From the NCBI RefSeq assembly GCF_001194135.2, contig NC_068990.1, forward strand, positions 24,770,387 to 24,834,386: a stretch of 64,000 nucleotides of DNA, given 5' to 3'. Source of the stretch: Octopus bimaculoides. Lineage: Eukaryota. Below, piece by piece: positions 35,849 through 49,065 of the stretch. Within the stretch, counting starts at the first letter, position 1, and each line of letters opens with the position of its first letter. Made by a program: the position numbers and the translations under genes. The notes under the pieces are model-generated. The model ran no database searches. It had not been told where the DNA came from and saw only the letters and a program-made list of their open reading frames with translations.

Positions 35849-37745
35849 ACTCCTATAAGAGTGGATTAAAGTGATAAGCATTCTATTCGTTCCGGTGGCG
35901 AAAAAGAACAACGATCAGTTATTCACGTTCCGATCAGTCTAGAATAATGAATAGATATTTATATATATTATATCTTGGATTCTCGCTGCTCTGCATGCAC
36001 CCTATGAATTGTTATCTGTTTGGCAGACCTCTGCATGAATCGGCAAATTATATGTTTGCTGGTTCTTATAAACCAGAGCTGATGCTCTTTTGAGATTTGT
36101 CGGTCTAGCCGTGAAATAGATTCGACAGAGGGGACACCGAGTGAGATCGAAACACTGCGGTCTCTTGAAGTCCCAAGTCCCTTTACACCGGTGAATGGGT
36201 GAGTCTCACTTGTAACGAACACATTACTTAAAGTGAGAAAGCGTTGTCTGGTAGCGAAAAACTGCAGCGATCAGATATTCACGTCTGAATTTAAAAGATA
36301 TTATAAAGAATGAAGAGATACTTTATTTCGGTTTTGTATTTGGTTTGTAAGACTCACGTCGTGAACTTGTGTATTGAAACAAATTTTGTTGTATTTAAGG
36401 AGGTTCATAACGCTAATAATAATAAACACGTGCACTGGTTCGATTTCACTCTTTTATTGTTAGTCGATTGGTTCGTTACCTAATCAACTAACTAATCGAA
36501 AGGACTTTGACAAATAACTGAGTGATTGTTTAACCAACAAATTAAACACAATCGCTTAGTTAGTTGGTTAAGTAACAAACCAACTGACAAACAAGAAAGG
36601 CGTGAAATCGAGTTTGTGCGTGTGTTTATCATTTGCATAATGACCCAACTTAGATACAAGATACGTTGTTGTTATTCTTTTATTTTTTAATAGCTACTCA
36701 GAAGAAGAACGGTCGTACACTTGGCTATTTTCAAAGACGCCGAGACTGATAGAAGGATGGAAAAATGATTCAAGTGCTTACAACAGATTAGACTCGGCTA
36801 AAGGAGTTTAAGGCTAAAACTGGAGTTAAACTGGTCGATGCTTTAGGTCTTCCATCGAAGAGCAAGATGATGATTACCTTCTGAGAAACGGAGTTCGTTA
36901 CACGGTCGAAGCCACTAATTTACTTATTTAAAAACTCACAGATCTCCTAAAAGTTCACAGGCCAGTTTACCCGTTAATACAACTTTTTGATAATGAGTCG
37001 TCAAATAGAGTTAGTTATTTCTTGCGCTAGTGAACAACAGAAATAACTAGTAATCCTGCTAAATAGAGGCAAGCCAATTCAAAGGAATTGCTTGGAATGT
37101 ATTAAGAAATGCTGCTGTTGATGATGATGATATTGCTGTTGCTTCTGTTCTTGCTGCCGTTTAAACTTAGGTCAGTCTTGTTCGAGTAACCTAATGATCA
37201 AACGTATTCTAGTCGTAACAATCCTATCTGTTCAAGTTGGACTATTCATTAGCTGATGTTTTCTTTCTTTTCTTAAGACGGTAGAATGGGATTTTATGAA
37301 GATTTTCTGCTACTTCTAGATGGTCAAACAAATGCGAAAGGGACCCTCCTTTAACCCCCGAATTGCGACATTAAAAAATATTATGGTGTGTCCCACAATC
37401 TATAGAATCATAATGAGGACGCTGCAAAGAGTAGTCTTCCCGCAGTGCTTCATGTCTAAGTCATCTCCGTCTAGTTATACTTAGGCAGGGAATTGAACTT
37501 ATATGCAAATTATCAACCCTGATCGATTAAACGTATGATCGAAGGTGTTCCAGTTGTGGTCATGTCTTGTATTTAATCAAGAATGATATTGTTGCAGGTG
37601 TTCTTTGTGTTTTATAGACGGTATGGTAAAGTTTTGAGATAGATTTGACTAGTATTTCTAGCAGGTCAAACGACCACACAGTCCTCTGTTGGCTTATTTT
37701 TCTTTCTTTCTTTTTTTTTTTTTGCATTCATTATTATTGGATTCT

Positions 37746-38150
37746 TAAGGTGGTAAGCTGGCAGAATCATTAGCACGCCGGGCGAAATGCTTAGCAGTAT
37801 TTCGTCTGCCGTTACGTTCTGAGTTCAAATTCTGCCGAGGTCGACTTTGCCTTTCATCCTTTCGGGGTCGATAAATTAAGTACCGGTTACGCATTGGGGT
37901 CGTCGATGTAATCGACTTAATCCCTCCATCTGTTCTTTTTTGTCCCCTCTATGTTTAGCCCCTTGTGGGCAATAAAGAAATAAGAATCATTAGCACATCG
38001 GACAAAAGGAGGCTAAAGGACATTTCGTCTGGCTCTTCACGACCTGGGTTCAAATTCCGCCATCATCGACTTTGCCTTTCATCCATTCGAGATCGATGTA
38101 GTTGAGTTATCACCTCCCCTCAAAACTACTAGCCTTGCGTTCAGATTATT
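37746..38150 (+). mobile_element. Family M SINE dimer: a full copy followed directly by a headless copy
   Basis: The full copy spans 37746-37982 and ends aataaagaaata. The second copy begins agaatcattagcac at 37983. Confidence 0.85.
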
Positions 38151-38786
38151 ATACCTTGCGGAATCAAAGCATTTTTTAATGCTGAAGTATGAAAAATACT
38201 TTGCAAATGAGAGTTACCAGCAGTTTAAAAAAGCCAACGAATAGCAATAGCTAACTATATACACACATAGATTTGCTTCCATAATAATACGCCAATTAGG
38301 TATGCAGCTTCTATTATGAAAACAAATCTGCAGATAATTAAAAAGTTATGCTTATTAGAGTAGCTTTGTTAAATCACAATAAGAATGACATACTTACAAC
38401 AATTAAAGACAATACGCGTGTTTAAGTCCGCAAATTACAATCAATTATAATCTCTTCAGTGCTTAAATTGCCAGACTACAGTATTTACACATTCTTGATG
38501 TCCAGCTCCTTCATAAAGTACACCGAATTCTTTATTAACCTCAATATCTTGATGTGTTTTTGTTTTTTTGTTTTTTTCTGAAATGAAGCAAGTTATCAAC
38601 ACCGCATGGTTTTGTAGAAAATGTTTCATTTTGACATATTAATCTCAAAAATGCCCATTGAGGTAATGTCTAGTGATTGTGTTAACCACTCAACCGGCCC
38701 TTTTCGCTCTATCCATCTATAGAATAATTCTCTGTACAGGAACTCACGCACAACTGTATCATATTGGAAAGTAGTACTGTATATGT

Positions 38787-39101
38787 ACTGGCACTCCATC
38801 GAATACGACGATGAGTGTTCCAGTCGATCGGATCAACAGAACAACTTGTTCGTGAAATTAACGTGTAAGTGGTTGCGCACTCCACAGACACGCGTAACCT
38901 TAACGTAACCTTAATAAAGATTCAGCGTCACATAGAATGCGACAAGGCTGACCCTCTGAAATACAGGTACAAATCATTTTTGTCAGCTCAGTGAACTGAG
39001 CAACGTGAAATAAAGTGTCTTGCTCAAGGACACAACACACCGCCAGGAATCGAACTCACGACCGTGAGTTGAATACCTTAACCACTAAACCACGCGCCTT
39101 C
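38787..39101 (-). mobile_element. Family R1 SINE
   Basis: Homologous to 35530-35848 and 42783-43102; the head begins gaaggcgcgtggtttagtggttaagg. Confidence 0.85.
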
Positions 39102-39113
39102 ACTGAATACGTA

Positions 39114-39500
39114 TGTTGTTGTTGGCACTCCGTCGCTTACGACGTCGAGGGTTCCAGTTGATCCAATCAACGGAACAACCTGCTTGTGCAATTAACGTAC
39201 AAGTGGCTGAGCACTCCACAGACACGTGTACCCTCAACGTAGTTCTCAGGGATATTCAGCGTGACACAATGTGACAAGGCTGACCCTTTGAATTACAGGC
39301 ACAACAGAAACAGGAAGTAAGAGTGAGAGAAAGTTGTGGTGAAAGAGTACAGCAGGGTTCGCCACCATCCCCTGTCGGAGCCTCGTGGAGCTTTAGGTGT
39401 TTTCGCTCAATAAACACTCACAACGCCCGGTCTGGGAATCGAAACCGCGATCCTATGACCGCGAGTTCGCTGCCCTAACCACTGGGCCATTGCGCCTCCA
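39114..39500 (-). mobile_element. Young full-length family R2 SINE with 13-bp TSD cactgaatacgta
   Basis: The TSD lies at 39101-39113 and 39501-39513. The copy is nearly identical to 6623-6986 and 44564-44947. Confidence 0.93.
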
Positions 39501-42226
39501 CACTGAATACGTAATACCATATAAAACAAACACATTTGTTTCAATGACACCAAAATCTATTTACAAAATACCGCAAGTAACCCTCGCCATATTGTCTCAT
39601 CCCAATTCAGTCGATAAAATCAATATTGCATCAACAGGACGCGCCAATAAAACATAAATACAAAATGGGATTTGATTTCCCTGTAGTTATGTTTGATGCT
39701 GCTATTGTTGTTTCACCCAAAGTCAGCCCCGATCGAGCAAATATATATGATCAAAGGGATTTCCAAACGTAGCTACGTTGCCTTGTTTGTAAAAATACTA
39801 CATCTAGGAGTATATATATTTTTTAATGTTCGTTTTTGTATTTCAACACCGCAGGGTGTTCGTTGAGAGATCTGGCTCCCACTTGTTGCAAGTTGGGCAA
39901 CCGCATAATAGCACAATGGATAAAGTGTGAAAACAGACGATCAGGGGGAGATATACGAAAACAGCCAGTCGAAGCATCATCAGTTCGTGTCCCGTTTTCA
40001 GTAGATTTTTTTGTTTTTTTTAATCTTTTGTCAAATTCTGTCCTTCTAACCCTAGTATCTCTTTTCGTACCGAGAGGTGTGTTGTGTTCTTTAGCAAAAC
40101 ACTTCATTTCACGATGTTCCAGACCATTCAACAGTAAATGTGTTCCAGCAATACCTGAGAAGGTAATTCTGCAACGGACCGGCGTCTCGTTCAGAGAGGA
40201 ATGTTGTAATCTCACTAACTTATACTTTTTGAAAATCTGGTTAAGCTCCGACTTTATAACTCCTGGGGTTCATGACAAACGTAAGCTACCTCCTTCTTCT
40301 CAACAACGGCCATTCTCGTCCATTATCTCTTTCTACTAGATGGAGAACGTTAATGTTCAAATCTGTAGTCGCTGGTTCGTACCTTATCATAGACACCATA
40401 TACTGTATATCGTAATTATTGCACGAAGTTATTCACACCTGAGTTCACTTTGATCTGAGTTGGTACCGGTTCTAAAGGTAACAATTCAGATAGAAGATTC
40501 TGAATAACGAGAGAATTCTTTTCTTTTTTTCTTATTTTTCAGTCCCAGATCAACACTAATCAAAAAAACTTTTAATAAAATGTATCCCAGTCGTGATCAT
40601 CCTGTCATTTCTTTTTCTTTCTTTTTTTTGCGGGGGGGAAGGTTCAAGGTCCCATTTCATATGTAAGATGAGGTGTGATACGAGGGAGATGTGGTTGCCA
40701 TTTCTTGCAGATCAAGGGATGTCATAGGGGATTCTTCGTTGCAATGGTGAGGGCATTTGGTGGTTCGAAAAAAGGTACCCGTGAAATACCATTGTCCTAG
40801 CTACCTGAAATGCATCTCTCATCTGGTTAATACAACGAAATCTGAAGATAAGTAGCTTTCTCTGGATTCTTGTGATTCATGCCTTTTGTTTCAGATACAT
40901 TCTAAATCAAACCAAAATGCATTAATTTCGTATATCGAATGCCATGGAATAAAATACAATAAGCTGCTAACGAGTAGAAGTCTGTTTCGAATTTCGGCAG
41001 ACGAAAATCCACTTCACCCCCGTTGGTAACATCTTTGGAAAACGAATGAATCTTTCAGTATTGTATTTCTCCTTCAGAAAATATACCCTCTTTTTATTTT
41101 CTTTAACCCTTTGTTCTGATTTTAGATATTCAATTATACTTCTGCTTATAACTAAATTTCTTTTTAATAGTTGTTTAAATTCAAAATGGCATCATCATTT
41201 TCTTTTATTTTCTTTTTGTGTTTATTCATTTATTTTATTTTCAGATTAACCATAACTTCAAATAACGATATTTTCTTAAACTTAAACGACAAGCAAAAAT
41301 GTAAACCGAATTAGAAAACTTATATAAAAAAGTTCTAAAATATAAATTTAAATGGATTTTACTTTCAATAAAAATAAACTTGAACATGAATTCTATTTTC
41401 TTTATATATTTAACGGAATAACGCTTACTTAACTTTAGTTCAAGAAAACATGTTTTATCAATTCTATCTTCCAGATCGAAAAAAAAGGCATGGAAAGAAC
41501 ATTCTTCTTTTGTTTTTTTTAACTAAAAGACACGAATATCTCGATAGATAATTGCAAGTGAAATAAGATAGAGCAATAAGTTCTTTCTGAACTGAGATCT
41601 CTACAGCGTTCCCTTTTACAAAGGTCACTTACGCCCTTGATAAAGATATTAAACACCCCATTTCTCATCTAAAAATAAAAATGAAAGGCCTTGTACCTAA
41701 TCAAACGAACCTATAAATATATCCATGTTTCCCCAACTCAGACTGATCTCACAGGTTTCTGATAAAGATGTTTCAGCTGTTACAATTTTGTCTTTTATTC
41801 AGACATAATATATTTACGATTATATCATCCAATGTGCTCGTTCTTTTTAATATACATGGATACGATTAGAGAGAGAATTGCTTATTATTTTTAGCAGATC
41901 CAGCGACACGACCAAGTAGTAGATGCTCCCTGGTTGGTACGTATATGGATGGACTAAATTCAAGAACATTGGCAGGAATATTTGTCAACTTCTATACATA
42001 CAATTCATTTCAGATTGATAGAGATGAAAGTAGCGTTGTGACATTCAAGCCTACCCTCCACAAGAGAGAGCATCAACAGAGAAATTAAAGAGTTCCAGTA
42101 ATAGCTGGTTAGTTAATTCGATGACGGACTAGCGTCTCGTTCGGAAAGACGCGGGGTGATTTCTAGCTTAGAAATCACACCAGAGATGCAATTTTATTTA
42201 TTTATTTATTGATTTATTGATTTCTC

Positions 42227-42280
<54 letters not shown>

Positions 42281-42782
42281 CACCCCTGAGAGCTTACCAA
42301 CCACTTTTTGTTCTGAAAATCTTTTAATGCTGTCAATTCAAATTTTTTCTTTGGAAATAAAATTGGAAAAGAAATTAAGAAAAAATGGAAAATTTTGGTT
42401 ACATTTTCACACATTGTACTCACTTGTAATGGTGGACACAGCGCAACAGCCACGATGAACACAAACCATCGACGTTCAGCTTAATGTTGTTTGATATCGT
42501 AGTGATTGGTAGAAGAATGAATTTAAAGATGTATAGTGACAACTTGAAAACTCTACAATTACGAAACAAAGAGGAAGTCTCCATGTGGTGGCTTGATTTC
42601 CTAGAAAAATCAATCAAACCTTCCTTAAAACATACTGTATCGTCTTAAAAAAGAAAAATGGAGAAGGATACGNNNNNNNNNNACGTTGGATAGTGTAAAC
42701 GCTGTCCTTGTTATAATATGCTTGAAAAAAGAACAGATGGCCATATTGAGACTGTCCTTTGTGAAAAGTTTATTCAATCTAT

Positions 42783-43102
42783 ACGAAGGCGCGTGGCCTA
42801 ATGGTTAGGGTATTTTGCTCACGATCGTGATGTTGTGAGTTCGATTCCCAGCAGCGCCTTCTGTCCTTAAGCAAAACACTTTATTTCACGTTGCTCCAGT
42901 TCACTCAACTGGTAAAAATGGGTCGTGCCTGTATTTCATAGGCCGGCTTTGTCGCATTCTATGTCATACTGAATTTTCCTAAGAACTATGTTAAGTGTAC
43001 GCGTATCTGTGGAGTGCTCAGCCACTTTCATGCTAACTTCACTTGCTGTTAATGAGTGGATCAACTGGAATACTCATCATCGTAATCGACGGAGTGCCAG
43101 TT
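42783..43102 (+). mobile_element. Family R1 SINE, full length
   Basis: tRNA-like head gaaggcgcgtggcctaatggttagggt...gagttcgattccc, CORE-like tgtccttaagcaaaacactttatttcacgttgctccagttcactcaactgg, and tail ending cgacggagtgccag. Confidence 0.88.
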
Positions 43103-43358
43103 ATTCAATCTGTCCTAAAGCTTAAACTTCTGCTAAAATATGATTTTAGCAGTTTAATGCCTGAGGTAATCCTGGTAAAGTAATACCCATACGGTAAATT
43201 GTTTTGACATTACCGATGCTTACGGAGTTGTAGTTCTTATGCTCATCGAGATGTACTGGACCATTGATAGTTAAGTTTATTAATTATACAAATAAACAAA
43301 TATGAATCTTTGATCTCTTAGTTAGATGTTTTTTACACTTGCTAACTCAGCCAAATGC

Positions 43359-43421
<63 letters not shown>

Positions 43422-43533
43422 CAAAGCTACAGATATTTCAGTCTAAAATCCAGATTTTAAGATATATTTACATGTTAAGCAACAACTAAAACCTATCTAA
43501 TTGAATGCTGTGAATTTCTTTATGGTATCTCTT

Positions 43534-43564
<31 letters not shown>

Positions 43565-43691
43565 TTCAATGCTATCTGAATTCCCTTTCTTTCTGAGCTC
43601 CCATAAAAACATACTTAGAATGTCTTAAGTGCTTAAGTGTTTTACAGATTGCAAAGTAATAAATCACTCAACTCCATAGCAATTTCATTTG

Positions 43692-43814
43692 TTAGAAATT
43701 ATTTCTTTTGTCATTTCTTAGCGTTATACATGTTACTATAGCAACTGTAACCATGATAAACAGAAAGGTTACAGATGCTAGGAAAGCTTTTTTTTGTAAA
43801 TTAGGTACAACATC
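43692..43814 (-). CDS. Candidate terminal coding exon encoding a transmembrane helix and short tail (speculative)
   Basis: A strong pyrimidine-rich acceptor (tttacgtttttctgtcgttttttccctcgctag) precedes phase-0 DVVPNLQKKAFLASVTFLFIMVTVAIVTCITLRNDKRNNF*. I recognise no homolog. Confidence 0.25.
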   Translation of the reverse strand, partial: DVVPNLQKKAFLASVTFLFIMVTVAIVTCITLRNDKRNNF

Positions 43815-44563
43815 CTAGCGAGGGAAAAAACGACAGAAAAACGTAAACAACCAACAAATTGAGACGATGACAGAGGTTCACTCTACTATTGAGGTAGTCT
43901 AACTTAACATGCGTCAATAATGTTTTATAGGAAAGACATGAACGTCTCACTTCCTATTTCGTGTTCCTCTCCAACAAAGATAGTGTTCACGTCTAGTCCA
44001 AAAGGAGCCAATTCAGAAATGAAATGAGAATTTTGATAAGAGAGACAAACCGAGATAAATGCATGGCTTTGTTTAGTTTGATGAAAATCAAATTTACCTT
44101 TAATGACCATAAATAAAATACTATCAGTTTTATAAATGGGCTGACTTAATCTCAGATTTACTTTTTTTTTTTTGTCTAAAATGCACTGACGGAACATTTT
44201 AATCCAGAAAATACTTAATCCTATCAAATAAACCGTTATATTTCTAACTAAAGGCATTTGTTGTTTATGTTGCCTTAAGAATCTGATCTCAGAAAAGTAC
44301 ACCCACGAACTACTGGTCGATTATACGGCTAATTTACTTTATATAGCAAGGAACTGTAGCCAGTAATGAACGGGATCTGGTCTGCACCGGTTGTTAACGT
44401 TTTCGTTGGACTGAAAAGAGACCTGCACAGAGAGTTTATGATGTCATCACCCCGTACAACTGAATAACTCTGCCACCGGTGCAAGCAATTCAGTTGACCG
44501 CTTAATGTTTTCAAGTGTTAATTAATCTCTTCTTTTTAGTGTAAACTTATTTATTTTAATATT

Positions 44564-44947
44564 GTTGTTGGCACTCCGTCGCTTACGACGTCGAGGGTTC
44601 CAGTTGATCCGATCAACGGAACAGCCTGCTTGTGCAATTAACGTGCAAGTGGCTGAGCGCTCCACAGACACGTATACCCATAACGCAGTTCTCGAGGATA
44701 TTCAGCTTGACACAGTGCGACAAGGCTGGCCTTTTGAATTACAGGCACAACAGAAATAGGAAGTAAGAGTGAGAGAAAGTTGTGGTGAAAGAGTACAGCA
44801 GGGTTCGCCACCATCCCCTGCCGGAGCCTCGTGGAGCTTTAGGTGTTTTCGCTCAATAAACACTCACAACACCCGGTCTGGGAATCGAAACCGCGATCCT
44901 ATGACCGCGAGTCCGCTGCCCTAACTACTGGGCCGTTGCGCCTCCAC
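44564..44947 (-). mobile_element. Young full-length family R2 SINE with ~11-bp TSD
   Basis: attttaatatt at 44553-44563 versus atttcaatatt at 44948-44958. Confidence 0.92.
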
Positions 44948-46189
44948 ATTTCAATATTAGTTTCATGATATTAGTAAAGTGTATTCGTCGTGATGGTAGC
45001 AAGGGGAGTGCAAGAGTACTTAAATGTCTTTGTTTATATTTCCATTGGGCGGTTGTATGTATAAGAGAATATGTGTATGTAATTGCGTATTCTGATTCTC
45101 ACCTCCATCATTATCAGATCCTCTTGTCACGATACTTATCATCATAGCTGTAACTTTGTCTGTGGCTGTTTGATGTTTCGTACCAAACAACCTGGTTATA
45201 CCCTCCTCTTTACAGTTTCTTCTAACTTCTTACATTAAATCTATTTCTTTTGTGTGGGGGGTGGGGGTGTTCGTATGCGTGTGAACGATATATATATCTT
45301 CCTATTTGTCCATTCTTTTCGTTTCTTCATCTCGTATCCTAGGCTCCTCGCCCACACACAACATTCCTCACATGGCAACGTCTCTCTCCCACCAGATCAA
45401 TCCCACAACTTCAGCTTTAGCTCAAATTTCATTAGTTTTACACAAACCCGTTATAATCTACAATTCTCATGAGAAATTAACTTTATCAATCTCCAAAATC
45501 TTTATATTATAGTGATTTTCCTGGCGTAGGTTATCAGCTGTTTCTTATGATTCCGAAATTGTATCATTAATAATTCTTTCTTTGAATTGGTTCTCGAAGT
45601 ACATATAAAGCTATACATAATAGCATGTAAATATCGGGTTGAAAAACCCTTTGGGGCAGAGGTCAAAAGCTTCCTGTGGGGCACAAACCTACATCTCCTG
45701 TAGAAGCGATATTTTAATGAATTATTTATACAGAATCCGTAGATAACAGTTTTGTAGCTCAGTGAATCGAATGTTAAAATTTAAGCCTCAAAGTGAGTCG
45801 TCTCTTTATGAATTTAGCACTTGCCAACCGAGTATAGAATGTTTACAGACGCCTTTGATTGGTTGCGTTCCTCTATTTTCCATGACTAGTTAAAACAAAT
45901 TGTCGAGCGTTACTGTTGACTGTTGTATGCGGTCGAAACAGCTGGGAGAACTGGAAACACTTGAAGTTGTGTGTTCAGTGCCACATGTTATCTACACCCA
46001 CCTCTAAATAACAGATGAACGACTTGTGTCCCAATCCAACGAATATTGTAAAATAGAGTGGTATGAGTTCCTATCAGATTCGCTCATTGTGAAAATTCGT
46101 GGGAGCTTCTATATAATTGTTCCCCCTGCCAGAAGTAGCAATGAAATCGTCCTCAGATCACCCCACAAAAATCACGCTAGACGAACTGT

Positions 46190-46740
46190 GCACGTTAGAC
46201 AAAGTGGTCCCGATTGCACTCTGTCTGAATAAAAAAGAGGGGACAATCACAGCTTAAGTGCTTTTACCATAAATCCGCTCAGTTAGGAATAATCTGGTGC
46301 AACTGTAGAAGTTCTATGTGAAGGTGAGGTACTCAGTGACACTTTTAACGATCTATGTTTAATATAGATAGACCTATAATTGGATAAAATGCAGATGATA
46401 CCTCCAATCCCTACAATAAAAAAGAACCAACTCCCTTATCCAAAATTTGTAACCTAAAGAGGCCGTAAGTGCACAGCTACGTATGTTTCAACAGATAGAT
46501 AACCTTACCGTACCTATCACTTCTCTATGTAAGAATGGCCGTCGACTTCTCTGTATCAAGCACTTCCGCTCTTTGACGCGTTTATTTAAAATCCTCCGAA
46601 GCACACTTACAACCTCTTTACCAAGTAATTGGAAGAGGTTGATGGTTTAGTCGCCAACCACATGACTATCACACACATTATACTGGATTACATGTTACTG
46701 GTAGAGGATATAACTGCACCTGGCCACAATAGCCTAACGG
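46190..46740 (+). mobile_element. Heavily decayed, internally deleted CR1/L2-type LINE ORF2 remnant
   Basis: Motif remnants appear in the expected order: SGPD (about 46205), NADDT (about 46388, YADD-like), RLFKIL (about 46580) and LDYML..D...PGHNSL (about 46683-46737). Confidence 0.45.
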
Positions 46741-46978
46741 AGACAAAAACCAGGAAATTAGCAGGAAAACTAGACCGCTGGAGCACAATGCTTACCTATT
46801 TAGTTTCTCACTTCTACGTACTAAGTGCAACCCCTCTGATTTATGTTCGCAATGCATCGACAACGTACAAGTCTTTTATTGGAGTTGATTCAATTAAAAA
46901 CAAAACTCCCTAACAAATGCTTGGTGATGTGCCAATAAAAGGAATCAATATTCCTGACTAAAATCAACAAAACACCTT

Positions 46979-46979
<1 letters not shown>

Positions 46980-47023
<44 letters not shown>

Positions 47024-47155
47024 GTGTATGTATGTATGTATGTATGTATGTATGCATGTATGTATGCATGTATGTATGTATGTATGTATGTATGTTTGTA
47101 AGTATGTATGCATTATGTACGTGTATATAAGTATGTATGTATGTATATGTATATA

Positions 47156-47195
<40 letters not shown>

Positions 47196-47212
47196 TATGT
47201 ATGTATATATAC

Positions 47213-47257
<45 letters not shown>
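46980..47257. repeat. (TA)n/(TATG)n/(TG)n compound microsatellite
   Basis: Read directly. It forms the artefactual N-terminus of ORF 47108-47977. Confidence 0.95.
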
Positions 47258-47258
<1 letters not shown>

Positions 47259-48445
47259 AGGACCAACTGGGTGTTTATAAGACCTTTATTTCGAGCATGG
47301 AAAATGAAAGGGCAAGTCTTTTCTTTCTGGATGCTACAGGTAGAACTGGCAAGACATTTGTCATCTACCTTCTTCTGGCTAAGCTGTGCCAAATGAAACA
47401 CATTACCATAGCTGTGGCGTCAAGTGGAACAGCTGCAACTCTGCTAAGTGGTGGCCGCACAGCCCATTCTTGTTTCAAGCTTCCTTTAGACCTGTCCAAG
47501 AAAGAGAAGGCAAACTGCAACCTCAGTCATGGTTTTATAAAAAACAAACTTCTGGGTGAGACGACAATGAGCCATAAGGTTTCCTTTGAAGCTTTTGACA
47601 TGGCGCTTCAGGATCTGAGATACAACACTAGGCTCATGAGAAGGGCGACAGTCTTGCTTGCAGGAAACTTTAGACAAACCCTTCCCGTAGCTCCAAAGGG
47701 AACAAGAGTTGATGAAGTAAACGCCATCTTAAAGTCGTTCTACCTATTGAGCAGTGTGCAAAAGCTGAGACTCACAACCAACATGAGACTGCAGCTCAGT
47801 GGTGATGATGCAGACAAAACTCTTTCAAAGCAACTGTTGGACGTCCGAAATGGCACTTCGATTGGCGAAAAGGATGGCCGGGTAAGCTTGCCTTTTGGAC
47901 ATATAGTATCTGACTTAAAGGACCTAATGAATAAGGTTCTTCCTAACCTGAGGAATCGGTTTACAGACCATAACTGAATGAAAAACTGTGCCATTTTAGC
48001 TCTACCCGACCCCCCACCTCACAACTTGCACCTCAAGATTGGGGCTCCAATTATGCTGCTTCGAAACCTCGATCCACCGAAGCTTTGCAATGAAACCCGA
48101 CTTATAATAAAGAAGATTATGCTATCAGTCTTGGAGATAACAATTTTGACTGGTAAAGCAAGCGGTGAGCCTGTATTCATTCCTAGAATTCCACTTATTC
48201 CCTCTGATATGCCTTTCCAGTACAAGCGCTTGCAATTCCCGTTGAAACTGAGCTTTGTAATAAGCATTAACAAGGCCCAGGGGCAGTCCGTGGATGTGGC
48301 AGTTCTGAATCTTGCGGAACCAGTTTTCTCCCATGGCCAACTTTATGTGGGATGCTCAAGTGTTGGTAATCTTAATCATTTGTTTATTTATGCCCCGCAA
48401 GGAAAGACCAAAAATGTTGTTTATCAAGAAGCTCTACAAACTTAA
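47258..48445 (+). pseudogene. Helitron Rep/Hel Pif1-family helicase domain, inactivated
   Basis: FFLDATGRTGKTF (Walker A), AVASSGTAATLLSGGRTAHS, LLAGNFRQTLPV, LTTNMR, IMLLRNLDPPKLCNETRL, RLQFPLKLSFVISINKAQGQS, FSHGQLYV and KTKNVVYQEAL*. There is an in-frame TGA at 47975 (probably from TGG), Walker B is lost, and there is an in-frame deletion near 48000. Confidence 0.93.
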
Positions 48446-49065
48446 TAAAATTCACCGAATGATCAGGTATTTATTATTTAACTGTAATATTTTTAAGTGT
48501 CGTAAATGTATTGATAATATGCATGTTATTTTATTTTTTAATCTCGATGCAAATTTATTTGTATATCTACTGTAAAACTAAACATCAGACTGTTTCTACA
48601 TTCATTGTAAACCTATTTCAACACTAACGCCCCTAAGGGTAATATCCCCTGCGAACGCACAAAAGCCCTTTTCAGAGTTATTTACTTTGAATTAGCCTAT
48701 TATTAAGTAACATGCTTCACGATTTTGGTATACATACCTTACTGGTATTTCCTCCTAAGTTCTATATACTCTGGGAACGCATTAAAGCCCTTTTCGGGGC
48801 TACTTTATTTGAATTCTTACTATCGGGTAACAAATTTCGTGTTATTACATAACTGACTTCATGATTTGAATATTCATAACTTATTGGGATTTCCTAAAAA
48901 CAAGATCCTGTGTAACACAGTTCAGTATATTCTCTGTAAATGCACAAAAACCGTTTTGAGGGCTACATACTTTGTATTATTTTTATTGGATTAGCGAAAC
49001 AATTATGAGAACGGATCCAAGGGATAAACCCCGCTTTTCCGGGAATAGCCTGGTACGTCAGCTAG
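47258..49065 (+). mobile_element. Helitron 3' portion with an intact terminus
   Basis: Hairpin ccggg-aatag-cctgg (49039-49053), 8 nt, then CTAG (49062-49065) followed by T. Three degenerate subterminal repeats start at about 48654, 48776 and 48939. Confidence 0.85.

Noticed and set aside
36700-36930. Short protein-like stretches (TRLKEFKAKTGVKLVDALGLP; DDDYLLRNGVRYTVEAT)
   Set aside because: They need stops and frameshifts to be joined, are too short, and match no family I recognise.
39823-40339. Overlapping 167-aa (+) and 130-aa (-) ORFs
   Set aside because: They run through a decayed CORE-like SINE (about 40075-40200) and a T-rich tract, with no recognisable domain.
42783-42860. tRNA-like sequence (also the heads at 39430-39500, 44875-44947 and 6915-6986)
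   Set aside because: These have A and B boxes but no closed acceptor stem, and they continue into SINE bodies. They are SINE heads, not tRNA genes.
47108-48445. Functional cellular PIF1 helicase gene
   Set aside because: It has an in-frame stop, no Walker B, an internal deletion, no introns, a microsatellite in place of its 5' end and a Helitron 3' terminus downstream.
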